Assembly: GCA_050486505.1 (NCBI GenBank)
Contig: JBJHDK010000012.1
Location: 1 to 47,018 of the forward strand
DNA length: 47,018 nt
Reading direction: 5' to 3'
From: Fibrobacteria bacterium
GTDB taxonomy: Bacteria; Fibrobacterota; Fibrobacteria; UBA11236
In this document: positions 36,375-45,285 of the stretch, one piece after another
Numbering within the stretch: the first letter of the stretch is position 1
Layout of the letters: each line of letters starts with the position of its first letter
Made by a program: the position numbers and the translations under genes
The notes under the pieces: model-generated
Databases searched by the model: none
What the model was told of the DNA's origin: nothing
The model's input: only the letters and a program-made list of their open reading frames with translations

Positions 36375-37538
36375 TCAATCAAGCGACACCTTAAGTGTTG
36401 GATAATATGTCGTGATTGGATTGTCCACCGCATCCGGATCCTCTAGAGATCGCCTCACCTGACTCGAAATCTCGGACTGATATGTACTCAGCTTCGGAAC
36501 AAGCGAATAGATGTCCGATGTGTCAATTTTTATCGTCCTAGTTTGACTGAGATCAAATGGAATTCGATCAGCAGCACGTATAAGCTGAACAACAGGGAGG
36601 CGCGCCGCATGTCGTAGTGCTAGCTCGTAAAAGACATTCGGATTGTGAAAAGAAAGATCAGCTATAACGAGTCTAGAGCGGATGACATACTCAATTATCT
36701 GACGCGTGATCGTTCCAGGCTTATCGATCGCATCAGCCCTTACAACCTTGAGTTTAAAAGGCTCGATTGCGGGCTCCACGATTGAGCCAAGAAAAAGATC
36801 TGAGTGCTTTCTTTCTTCGGACCCGGCCTCGCCGATAGGAGTTATGTAGAAGCACACTGTCTCAAATTTACCTTGCTCGGCTGTTATCAATGCCGATCCG
36901 CTATTCGGAGCTACATCCACAAAGACAGGGCCCTCTCGCTTCAACGAGGCCATAGGCAAGCTGTCAAGGAGATGGTCGACGGTTATTAGCCGCTCCGCAC
37001 CAGATAGGGTCTGAAGCAATCCAACGAACCTCACGTTCACAGTGAAGGTGTCAACCGCCTCTTCTAAGAGCTCTTCCGGAACCTCGAATTCCTTTAACGC
37101 ATCCACAAGAGCAGCACGAGCAGGAAGCTTGTTGCCTTGGAAACGCTCATACAGCTTGTTAAACGGCTCCTGATCTTGAATAGCGAGTTTCACCCGGGCC
37201 TTTGTCTGCTCTCGCTTTGGAATTTCATCGTCAACAGCCCTGGCTCCATCCTCCGTGAGCTTGATGTGATCCGCCTGATAGCCGCCCTCAGCTAATCCAT
37301 ACTTTCCTGCATTCGTAATGAGTTGGCGACTTGTGCCGCTTTCAGGAGACTTTTGCAAGTGGTCGAATAGTGAGATACGGCGAACAGGCTGTCCCGATCC
37401 GAATTTCGATATTTCAGCTGCAAACTCAAGAGCCTCCTCAAAAGGACATGCAGGAAATGGACGTTGCTGACGTTTTCGTTTTTTTTCGGCCGCGTCCGTA
37501 ACCTTTCGGTTCGCTTCATTGACTGAATGCTTTGTCAT
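36375..37538 (-). CDS. wHTH-like N-domain fused to nucleoside 2-deoxyribosyltransferase-like domain
   Basis: GGAGG SD; 'CFYITPIG', 'VVRADAI', 'VIADLSFHNPNVFYEL', 'IPFDL'. Confidence 0.8.
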   Translation of the reverse strand: MTKHSVNEANRKVTDAAEKKRKRQQRPFPACPFEEALEFAAEISKFGSGQPVRRISLFDHLQKSPESGTSRQLITNAGKYGLAEGGYQADHIKLTEDGARAVDDEIPKREQTKARVKLAIQDQEPFNKLYERFQGNKLPARAALVDALKEFEVPEELLEEAVDTFTVNVRFVGLLQTLSGAERLITVDHLLDSLPMASLKREGPVFVDVAPNSGSALITAEQGKFETVCFYITPIGEAGSEERKHSDLFLGSIVEPAIEPFKLKVVRADAIDKPGTITRQIIEYVIRSRLVIADLSFHNPNVFYELALRHAARLPVVQLIRAADRIPFDLSQTRTIKIDTSDIYSLVPKLSTYQSEISSQVRRSLEDPDAVDNPITTYYPTLKVSLD

Positions 37539-37765
37539 TCTTCCTCCGAGTGAGAATTGCCTCTGCCAAGCAGCCAGCGCTACCGACTGAATGCGTGTTG
37601 TATTCCACTATCGAGTTCCAGTATAACCCCCGCTACGTATCACGTAAACCTCGTCACACTCCGCCTACGGGGAACCTCGGACCTGCACTCCCCCACCCCA
37701 AAAACAAAGAGGGCCCCGTAGAGCCCCATTCCTTTCCAAAAAGCGCAATCGATGTCAAGCGGCAC

Positions 37766-37794
37766 CCATATATCGCGAAGATATATGGAGTCAA
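37766..37794 (-). promoter_or_regulatory. Putative promoter/operator upstream of the defence genes
   Basis: TTGACT directly followed by perfect inverted repeat CCATATATC-n5-GATATATGG. Confidence 0.45.
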
Positions 37795-37810
37795 ATGACT
37801 TCTATTCCCC

Positions 37811-38947
37811 TCACCCCTCCACCAACCGGTAACTCGTACTCCTCCCCCCACCCTCATTCCGCGCCAGCAGCCCCCACTCCACCAACTCCTTGATGTCGCG
37901 CAGCGCTGTGTCTTGCGAACACTTCGCAAGCGTCGCGTACTTCGTCGTATTCAAATACCCCGTCCAGCCCGGCTCCAGCATGCGATTGAACACCGCCCGC
38001 TGACGCGCGTTCGCCCCCGCCTCGCCGAGGCGCTGCCACAGGCGCGCCTTGCGGAACACCGTGGCCGTCAATGAATCCGACGCATCCAGGGTGCGATCGA
38101 GGCAACCCAGAAACCACGCCAGCCACGACGTGATGTCGAGCGAACCACGCTGCGTTGATTCGAGCTGCAGGTAATACTCCCGCCGCTCCGCCTCGATAGC
38201 CGACGACATGCTGTAGAAGCGATCCTTCGAACCATCGGAGCGCGCCAGCGCCATCTCCGCCACCGCCCGCGCGATGCGGCCGTTCCCGTCATCGAACGGG
38301 TGAATGGTCACGAACCACAGATGCGCCACGGCCGCCTTGAGCACCGGGTCAATGTTTGCGAGGGCAGAGGAGGAATCCCCCGGATTCTCCGATCCATTGA
38401 ACCAATCCAGAAAGCGTTGCATTTCGCCCGCAAGGCGTTTCGCCTCCGGCCCCTCAAAATGAACCCGTTCCTTCCCCATCGGTCCCGAAACAACCTGCAT
38501 CGGGCCGTGCTCATCGGTGCGCCAGGTGCCCACGGTGATGCGGCTCAATCCGCTATACCCGGTGGGGAACAATGCCGAGTGCCAACCCCAAAGCCTCTCC
38601 GCCGTCAGCGGGTGTTCGGAGTTCCGCGTGGCATCCAGCATCATCTCCACGATGCCGTCGATTTCGCGTGTGGGTTTCGGCAGGCCCGCGGTCTCCACCC
38701 CAAGCCTGCGGGCGATGGATGAGCGCACCTCCTCCGTGTCAAGTTTCTCGCCTTCGATCGCGGATGACTTCACGATCTCGGCGGTCAGCGTGGTGATGCC
38801 GGCCTCGGCTTGTAGTCCGAAGCCCAAGGCACGCATCAGCCCCAGATGCCGGCCCTGCTTGTGGCGAACCGCCGCAAGACTGTCGGCCAAGGCTTGGGGA
38901 TCCCAGGTAAATTGGGGCCAATCGGCTAATTCGTGGATATAGGCCAT
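37811..38947 (-). CDS. Fic-family protein (DUF4172-type N terminus, C-terminal wHTH)
   Basis: 'HPFDDGNGRIAR', 'SSAIEGE', N-terminal 'YIHELADWPQFTW', C-terminal 'GGRSTSY'; GGAG SD. Confidence 0.92.
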   Translation of the reverse strand: MAYIHELADWPQFTWDPQALADSLAAVRHKQGRHLGLMRALGFGLQAEAGITTLTAEIVKSSAIEGEKLDTEEVRSSIARRLGVETAGLPKPTREIDGIVEMMLDATRNSEHPLTAERLWGWHSALFPTGYSGLSRITVGTWRTDEHGPMQVVSGPMGKERVHFEGPEAKRLAGEMQRFLDWFNGSENPGDSSSALANIDPVLKAAVAHLWFVTIHPFDDGNGRIARAVAEMALARSDGSKDRFYSMSSAIEAERREYYLQLESTQRGSLDITSWLAWFLGCLDRTLDASDSLTATVFRKARLWQRLGEAGANARQRAVFNRMLEPGWTGYLNTTKYATLAKCSQDTALRDIKELVEWGLLARNEGGGRSTSYRLVEG

Positions 38948-38960
38948 TTCGTCGGACTCC

Positions 38961-39061
38961 TGCGGAGAATATAACCGATATTCACCGCAACTCGCCCTAT
39001 TCACCGCAAAATCTGCGGAGATTAACCCGCTTATTCGCCTCAAACCACCCTAATCTCCGCA
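38961..39061. promoter_or_regulatory. Cluster of ATTCWCCGCA-like operator repeats upstream of fic
   Basis: Six related copies in both orientations, including TGCGGAGAATAT-n5-ATATTCACCGCA. Confidence 0.6.
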
Positions 39062-39115
39062 AACCCCACATTGAGTCCCCCTCCAACCCTTGCCCCTCAA
39101 CGGCCTCCCCCCAAC

Positions 39116-39144
39116 AAAAAAACCCCCCGGTTTCCACCGAGAGG
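39116..39144 (-). terminator. Rho-independent terminator after citrate synthase
   Basis: Minus strand CCTCTCGGT-GGAA-ACCGGGGGG followed by T7. Confidence 0.75.
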
Positions 39145-39171
39145 CCATGATATCGTCCTTGGGGTTCGGGC

Positions 39172-39198
39172 CGGGCGATGCGGCGCATCGCCCCTACA
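39172..39198 (-). repeat. GTAG-type REP-like palindrome
   Basis: Minus strand TGTAGGGGCGATGCG-C-CGCATCGCCC. Confidence 0.68.
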
Positions 39199-39199
39199 A

Positions 39200-40417
39200 T
39201 CAGGATTGAATCTCGGGCCCCGTGTACACGTAACTCGGGCGCACGATGGGGATCCCCTTGCCGCCGCGCGCTTCCGTGCGTTCCCACACGATCTGCGACG
39301 CGATGCCCACGCAGCGCGACAGGCCGAACAACACCGTATAGTACGTCTCGTCCGTCAGCCCGCAGGCATTGAGCAACGTCCCCGACACCGCGTCGACATT
39401 GGGATAGGGGTTGCTGATCTTCGGACGCTTCTTGAGTGCCGCCACACCCACCTTGCGGAGCGACACCGCCAGGCGGAACAGCGGATCGTTCGCCGCGATC
39501 TCCTCGCCCAACGCGTACTGCACCGTCGCGCGCGGATCCTCCACGCGCAGCACCGCGTGGCCGAAGCCGAACAGCTTGCCGCCCGATTCAAGACGGTTCT
39601 CGATGTACTCCGCCAACACCTTCTCGTCGGAAGGATCCTTCACCTCGGCGGCGACTTCCTTCACGAAACGCAGGCACTCCTGGTTCGCCATGCCGTGCAG
39701 CGGCCCGGCCAGTCCGGCCATCGCGCCCGCGAGGGAGCCGTACATGTCTTCGAGTCCCGACGCGACCGCCTTGCCCACGAAGGTCGACAGGTTGCCGCCG
39801 CCGTGGTCGAAGTGCAGAATCATGAACACGCGCAGGAGGCGCGTCAGTTCGGGTGTCGCCGCGGGCGCGCCCAGCATGTGCACGAAGTTCTCCACCCAGC
39901 CCAGCTCGGGCTTCGAGGGAATCGGCGCGCCCCAGCCGCTGCGGATGCGGAAGATGGCGGCCACCAGCTCGGGAAGCTGCGCGATCACCCGCAGGCAATC
40001 CTTGCGGTAGTCGCCCTTCGGTTCGAACATCCCCATGGCCACGAGCCCGCCGATCAGCCACTTCATCGGATGGCCGTCGCGGGGGAAGCTTTCGAGCAGC
40101 TTCAGGATGCCGGGGTGCAGCGGGCCCTGGCCCACCAGCTCGCCGTGGAACATGGCCAGCTGGTCGGTGGACGCGGGCAGCGTCTTGCGCAGCAGCAGGT
40201 GGATGACTTCTTCCGGCTCCAGGTCTGCGAGCGACGCGATGGGGTACCCCCCGTAGCTCAATCCCTTGTGGGGATCGACATCGCTGATGGGGCACGTTCC
40301 CACGGGGAAACCGCGCATCCCGGTGTCGAGATGGTCACGCGTGATCGTGAACAACACCTCGTTGCCGTCCGTCGCGCTCTCCGCGCCCGATCCCTTTTTC
40401 GCGTTCTTGCCCGCCAT
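39200..40417 (-). CDS. gltA: Citrate synthase
   Basis: 'HFDHGGGNLST', 'LAGPLHGMANQE', 'GFGHAVLR', 'PNVDAVSG'. Confidence 0.93.
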   Translation of the reverse strand: MAGKNAKKGSGAESATDGNEVLFTITRDHLDTGMRGFPVGTCPISDVDPHKGLSYGGYPIASLADLEPEEVIHLLLRKTLPASTDQLAMFHGELVGQGPLHPGILKLLESFPRDGHPMKWLIGGLVAMGMFEPKGDYRKDCLRVIAQLPELVAAIFRIRSGWGAPIPSKPELGWVENFVHMLGAPAATPELTRLLRVFMILHFDHGGGNLSTFVGKAVASGLEDMYGSLAGAMAGLAGPLHGMANQECLRFVKEVAAEVKDPSDEKVLAEYIENRLESGGKLFGFGHAVLRVEDPRATVQYALGEEIAANDPLFRLAVSLRKVGVAALKKRPKISNPYPNVDAVSGTLLNACGLTDETYYTVLFGLSRCVGIASQIVWERTEARGGKGIPIVRPSYVYTGPEIQS

Positions 40418-40522
40418 GTCATGCTCCTCGTTCGGTCATCCCTTCAGTCTCCGGGAAGAGAGCCGCGTTTTCATGTCAGCCGTTTATCCAATAACACATT
40501 GTCCGCGACTCAAGGTGTTCCT

Positions 40523-40590
40523 CCCTCTCCATCCTCGCGCAGCGTTGGATGGAGAGGGCCGGGAGCCTGCCCCGGCGCAGGCCGGGATGA
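40523..40590. repeat. Composite palindromic element downstream of icd
   Basis: CCCTCTCCATCC-n12-GGATGGAGAGGG plus CCCGGCGCAGGCCGGGATGA. Confidence 0.6.
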
Positions 40591-40616
40591 AGCGCGTAGC
40601 GACGAAGCTTTGCCCA

Positions 40617-41963
40617 CTACTTCCCCTGAATCGCCTCCGCCACCAGCTTGCCGAACGCGTAGCAACCGACTTCCTGCGCGCCGTCCATGAGGCGGGCGAA
40701 ATCGTAGGTCACCGTCTTGGCGCCGATGGTCTTTTCCAGCGCGGTCACGATCGCCTCGGCGGCTTCCGTCCAGCCGAGATGCTCGAGCATCATCACGCCC
40801 GAGAGAACGACCGAACCGGGGTTCACCTTGTCGAGATTCGCGTACTTGGGGGCCGTGCCGTGGGTCGCCTCGAAAATGGCGTGGCCGGTGAGATAGTTGG
40901 CGTTGCCGCCCGGGGCGATGCCGATGCCGCCGACCTGTGCGGCCAGCGCATCGGAGAGGTAGTCGCCGTTGAGGTTGAGGGTCGCGATGACGTCGAAGTC
41001 TTCGGGACGAGTGAGCACCTGCTGCAAGGTGATGTCGGCGATGGCGTCCTTGATGACGAGGCCGGCGCCGGGCCTGCCTTCGGGGATCTTGCACCACGGG
41101 CCACCGTCGAGCTCGACCGCGCCGAAGAACTCCTTCGCCACGCGGTAGCCCCAGTCGCGGAACGATCCCTCGGTGAACTTCATGATGTTGCCTTTGTGCA
41201 CCAAGGTTACGGACTTGCGGCCGTGCTTGATGGCGTAGGCGATGGCGCTGTGCACGAGGCGCTCGGTGCCGAGCTGGCTCACGGGCTTGATGCCGATGCC
41301 GACATCGACGCCCACCGTGCGGGCGGGGGTGCCGGTGGTCTCGAGGGTCTTCTGCCAGTCTTGCGCGGCTTTTTGGGTGCCGAAGCGGATCTTGGAAAAC
41401 TCCTTGGGGAATTCCTTCTCGAGGAAGGCGAGGATCTTGGCCGCTTCGGGCGAGCCGCCCTGCCACTCGATGCCCGCGTAGATGTCTTCGGTGTTCTCGC
41501 GGAAGATCACCATGTCCACCTTTTCAGGGTGCTTGACCGGGGAGGGAACCCCCGTAAACCAACGCACGGGACGTAGGCAGACGTAGAGGTCGAGGATTTG
41601 GCGCAGGGCCACGTTGAGCGAACGGATGCCGCCGCCGACCGGAGTCGTCAGGGGCCCCTTGATGCCCACGAGGTATTGTTTGAAGGCTTCGAGCGTCTCG
41701 TCGGGGAGCCACTGGCCGTCACCATAGACGGAGAGCGACTTCTCGCCCGCGAACACTTCCATCCACTCGATCTTGCGCTTGCCGCCATAGACCTTGCGCA
41801 CCGCCTCGTCGAGCACGTGCTGCGAGGCCTTCCAGATGTCCGGTCCCGTCCCGTCGCCCTCGATGAAGGGGATGATGGGGCGGTCGGGAACGTTCAGCTT
41901 GCCGCCGGCGATGGTGATGGCCTGGCCTTGCGCGGGAACCTGGATGTGCTTGAATGCGGGCAT
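40617..41963 (-). CDS. icd: NADP-dependent isocitrate dehydrogenase
   Basis: '[10 protein letters not shown]', '[21 protein letters not shown]', 'HKGNIMK', '[11 protein letters not shown]'. Confidence 0.96.
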   Translation of the reverse strand: MPAFKHIQVPAQGQAITIAGGKLNVPDRPIIPFIEGDGTGPDIWKASQHVLDEAVRKVYGGKRKIEWMEVFAGEKSLSVYGDGQWLPDETLEAFKQYLVGIKGPLTTPVGGGIRSLNVALRQILDLYVCLRPVRWFTGVPSPVKHPEKVDMVIFRENTEDIYAGIEWQGGSPEAAKILAFLEKEFPKEFSKIRFGTQKAAQDWQKTLETTGTPARTVGVDVGIGIKPVSQLGTERLVHSAIAYAIKHGRKSVTLVHKGNIMKFTEGSFRDWGYRVAKEFFGAVELDGGPWCKIPEGRPGAGLVIKDAIADITLQQVLTRPEDFDVIATLNLNGDYLSDALAAQVGGIGIAPGGNANYLTGHAIFEATHGTAPKYANLDKVNPGSVVLSGVMMLEHLGWTEAAEAIVTALEKTIGAKTVTYDFARLMDGAQEVGCYAFGKLVAEAIQGK

Positions 41964-42205
41964 GAAATCTCCGAAAAGCTTGAATTATTACCGAAAATCG
42001 GCTTTTCTCGCGAAATGAAGTGAGCCGGGAAATATAGTACCGGGGGCCGGGGTGGTTCGTGAAAACAGGGGGAAAGCGCGGGAATGGCCGGGACGGTTAT
42101 AAATGTGAATATCGTTAACCAAGGTTCACGAAGCTCCGGCCGTGCGGCGCGACATTCCGTGGCACCCGCATCCCCTTCCGGAGGCGGGATCGCAGGGGGT
42201 CCCCC

Positions 42206-42859
42206 ATGAAATCGCTTGCTTGTGTTCACGGGCTGTTGCTGCTGAGTCTCCTCTCCATGGAAGGACGGGGGGACACCTTCGCCGACGATGCTCCGCCGGG
42301 GGATGCGGTGCTCATACCGGATTACCCGGCGGGGAGCCGATCCACAACCGCCTTCAACCAGAAAAGTTACGCGGCCGCCTACGCGTGGATGCTGGGCGCG
42401 ACAGCAATCCCCATCTACGCCGGTTCGTACATGTTATCCTCGTCTCATCACGAACAAGGAGAGGAAATCGGCGCGGCTCTCATCCTCGGTGGAATCCTCA
42501 TCGGCCCTTCGGCGGGGCAGTATTATGCGGGTGCGCCCGGGCCGGCGACGGGAGCCCTGGTGCTGCGTCTCGCCGGCGGAGGGCTCGTTCTCATCGGGCT
42601 GATCAAGGCCTTTTCGAATTGTTTTTGGGAGAGTTCTTCCTGCAACTCAGGAAGCGGGGAGGCACTTTTGGGAACAGTCCTGTTCGCTTCAGGGTCCGCG
42701 TACAGCCTCATCGACACCAAGTTCGCGGTCGACCGCTACAATCGCCGCGAGCGGGAAAGAGCGGCAGTCCGGACGTCGTTCTCCCCCGCCCTGTTCCCCG
42801 TCGGCGAGGGATCGAATCGCAGCTATGCGCCGGGGTTGGCTTTCACCGCGTCGTTCTGA
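42206..42859 (+). CDS. Hypothetical exported/membrane protein
   Basis: Signal peptide, 'GPSAGQYYAG', hydrophobic helices, terminal 'GLAFTASF'. Confidence 0.72.
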   Translation: MKSLACVHGLLLLSLLSMEGRGDTFADDAPPGDAVLIPDYPAGSRSTTAFNQKSYAAAYAWMLGATAIPIYAGSYMLSSSHHEQGEEIGAALILGGILIGPSAGQYYAGAPGPATGALVLRLAGGGLVLIGLIKAFSNCFWESSSCNSGSGEALLGTVLFASGSAYSLIDTKFAVDRYNRRERERAAVRTSFSPALFPVGEGSNRSYAPGLAFTASF

Positions 42860-42917
42860 TCAAACCGCATTGGAATCAGGGCGACGCCGTGCCCTTGTCC
42901 ACAGCGTGCCGCCGGAA

Positions 42918-42963
42918 GGGCGAGCCCGTCATCCCGGCGAAGGCCGGGAGGCTCGCCCCTACA
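42918..42963 (-). repeat. GTAG-type REP with nested GTCATCCCGGCGAAGGCCGGGA unit
   Basis: GGGCGAGCC-[CGTCATCCCGGCGAAGGCCGGGA]-GGCTCGCCCCTACA between convergent genes. Confidence 0.7.
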
Positions 42964-42974
42964 AGTCTGCGGTG

Positions 42975-44519
42975 TCAACCCGGCAGCACGTTGACTTCGG
43001 TCTCGCCGTCCTCCGGGCTCCACGCGCGGATGCGCATCGCATCGGGAAACACCAGCGGCTTGTGGATCGACTTGCCCATGAGCAGGCGCAGGCATTCCTG
43101 GATCCCCTCGGTGATCGACGGGTGCGGGTGGATGGACTTCATGATATCCTCCAGCCCCTTGTCCTGATCCATCAGGTGCGCCACCACCATGATGGTACTG
43201 CCCGCCTGCGGCCCGGCCGCGCGCATGCCGAGGATGCGATTGTTGCCGTCTTCCGACACGAGAATCTTCACGAAGCCATCGGTGCGGCGCATGGCGATGG
43301 CGCGGTTCACCAACGCGTTTGAGAAATACCCCACGCGGTAGGGAATTCCCTGTGCCCGGCACTGCTGCTCGTTGAGCCCCACCACCGCCACCTCGGGGTT
43401 AAAGAACATGATGGTCGACATGTTGTGGTAGCGCAGCGGATACTTGTTGCGCCCGTACATCGCCTTGATGGCGTAGCGCCCCTCCATCTCCGCGACGTTG
43501 TAAAGCGCCGAGCGCTGGGTCACGTCGCCCACCGCATAAATGTTCTCCTTGACGCAGCAATTGCCGTCGGCATCGAGGCCGCCGCGGGCGTTCACGGTAA
43601 TGCCCAGGTTCTCGAGGCCCAGTGAAGACAGGTTGGGCTCGCGCCCCACCGAAACCAGCGCCGCGTCCACCTCAAGCACCTGGCTGCGACCGCCCTCATA
43701 ATCCACCGTCACCTCGAGAAACTCAGGACGCTTGGCGATGCCGCGCAGGATGGCGTTGTGGTGGATGGTCACGCCCTTTCCCTCGAGGTTGTGGCTGACG
43801 TAGGCGCTCACGTCCTCGTCCTCGAAGGGAATGACGCGCGACTGGCGGTCGAGCAAATGCACCTTGGTCTGCGCGAAGTTCGAGAAAATCGTGGCGTACT
43901 CGCAACCGATGATTCCCGCGCCCAGGATGAGCAAGCGCTTGGGGAACGCGGTGAACGAGAGGATGCCGTCGGAGCTGATGACGCGCTGCCCGTCGATCTC
44001 CACGCCCTGGAAATGACGCGGCCGCGATCCCGTCGCGATCACGAAGTAATCCGCCGTCACGCGCTCCGAGCCGCCGTCGGCAAGGGCCACGTCCACCGCA
44101 TGCATGTCGCGAAACCGGGCCATGCCGCGCTTCAACGTGATCGACCCTTTGCCGGTCCACCGGTGCGGCGCGAAGGTCTCGATCTGCGACAACAACTGAT
44201 ACTGTTTTTCCTTGGCCGCCTGCACCACGGTGTCGAGCACCGCCTTGTAGTCGACCATCAACCCCGCCGCACGGTAGCCGCGATCCACCGAGGAGGCATT
44301 GGCATAATCCTTCGCCAGCTCCCACATCGTCTTGCTGGTCATCGCGCCGTGGAGAATGCCCGCGCCGCCGATATGCCCGCCTTCGACCAGGCACACTTTC
44401 TTTCCGAAGTCGAAGCCCCGCATGGCCGCGGCGAAACCGCCAGGACCCGATCCGATCACGCACACGTCGTAATGGTTCTCTGCCTTCGCTCTTTCTTTTA
44501 CTGCTTTCACTGCCATCAT
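42975..44519 (-). CDS. Flavoprotein disulfide-reductase-family oxidoreductase lacking the redox-active cysteines
   Basis: 'IGSGPGG', 'IATGSRP', 'GAGIIGCE', 'YAVGD', 'HPHPSITE'; ATGA overlap with queC stop. Confidence 0.88.
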   Translation of the reverse strand: MMAVKAVKERAKAENHYDVCVIGSGPGGFAAAMRGFDFGKKVCLVEGGHIGGAGILHGAMTSKTMWELAKDYANASSVDRGYRAAGLMVDYKAVLDTVVQAAKEKQYQLLSQIETFAPHRWTGKGSITLKRGMARFRDMHAVDVALADGGSERVTADYFVIATGSRPRHFQGVEIDGQRVISSDGILSFTAFPKRLLILGAGIIGCEYATIFSNFAQTKVHLLDRQSRVIPFEDEDVSAYVSHNLEGKGVTIHHNAILRGIAKRPEFLEVTVDYEGGRSQVLEVDAALVSVGREPNLSSLGLENLGITVNARGGLDADGNCCVKENIYAVGDVTQRSALYNVAEMEGRYAIKAMYGRNKYPLRYHNMSTIMFFNPEVAVVGLNEQQCRAQGIPYRVGYFSNALVNRAIAMRRTDGFVKILVSEDGNNRILGMRAAGPQAGSTIMVVAHLMDQDKGLEDIMKSIHPHPSITEGIQECLRLLMGKSIHKPLVFPDAMRIRAWSPEDGETEVNVLPG

Positions 44520-45256
44520 ACCGTCCGTTCGGGAGTGGGGGTTTCCTGCGCGGCCGCACGCTCCGTCAGGGGGTCGGGAATCCCGACCTCCGCGAAGCCC
44601 TTGGCCCGCAGCAGGCACGAAGGACAGCGCCCGCAGGGCGGAAACACGCCTTCATAACAGGTGTGGGTCAATGCCAGCGACTCCAACGCGCCCCAATCGC
44701 GCGCCAGTGAGATGCTCTCCGCCTTGGTGCGGAACATCAACGGCGCGTGAATGCGGAAGATGCCGCCACGCTCCGGCCAGCCAAGGCCGAGATGCAGGGA
44801 TTTCTGCAGGGCGCGCAGCGTCTCGTGCCGGCAGTCGGGGTAACCGCTGTAATCCGTTTCGCACACGCCGGTGACGATGTCGCGAATACCGCGTTCATAG
44901 GCGTAGGATGCCGCCTGCGTCAGGAACAACAAATTCCGGCCCGGAACGAAGGTGTTGGGCAAACCGTGCCCCCCCATCCCCGCGGAAATATCCATCGCGG
45001 GATCAGTCAGGGAGTTGCCCTTCAATTCACGGAAAAAATCGAGGCGGAAGATGCGCAGGGGAACCTGCAACTTCCAGGCGATGTTCTGTGCGGCGAGCAC
45101 TTCGTTCTTGTGGCGCTGGCCGTAGTCGAAGAACACCGTCTCGACCGAAGCGAAGGTGCGCAGGGCCCAGTGCAAACATGTGGTGGAATCCTGCCCGCCC
45201 GAGAAGACGACCAAGGCGGTGCGGTTCAATTTCGGTTTTGTGCGTTGCGCGGACAC
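44516..45256 (-). CDS. queC: 7-cyano-7-deazaguanine synthase
   Basis: 'FSGGQDSTTC', 'DYGQRH', 'TFVPGRN', 'YPDCR', 'CY...CGRCPSC'; start uncertain (45256 or 45229). Confidence 0.93.
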   Translation of the reverse strand: MSAQRTKPKLNRTALVVFSGGQDSTTCLHWALRTFASVETVFFDYGQRHKNEVLAAQNIAWKLQVPLRIFRLDFFRELKGNSLTDPAMDISAGMGGHGLPNTFVPGRNLLFLTQAASYAYERGIRDIVTGVCETDYSGYPDCRHETLRALQKSLHLGLGWPERGGIFRIHAPLMFRTKAESISLARDWGALESLALTHTCYEGVFPPCGRCPSCLLRAKGFAEVGIPDPLTERAAAQETPTPERTV

Positions 45257-45285
45257 GGGTGCGGCTTCCTGCAATGGCGGGACCG

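Noticed and set aside
34142..37538. Retron interpretation of the NDT/DUF3800 genes plus structured spacer
   Set aside because: No reverse transcriptase (no YADD-type motif) is encoded in the window.
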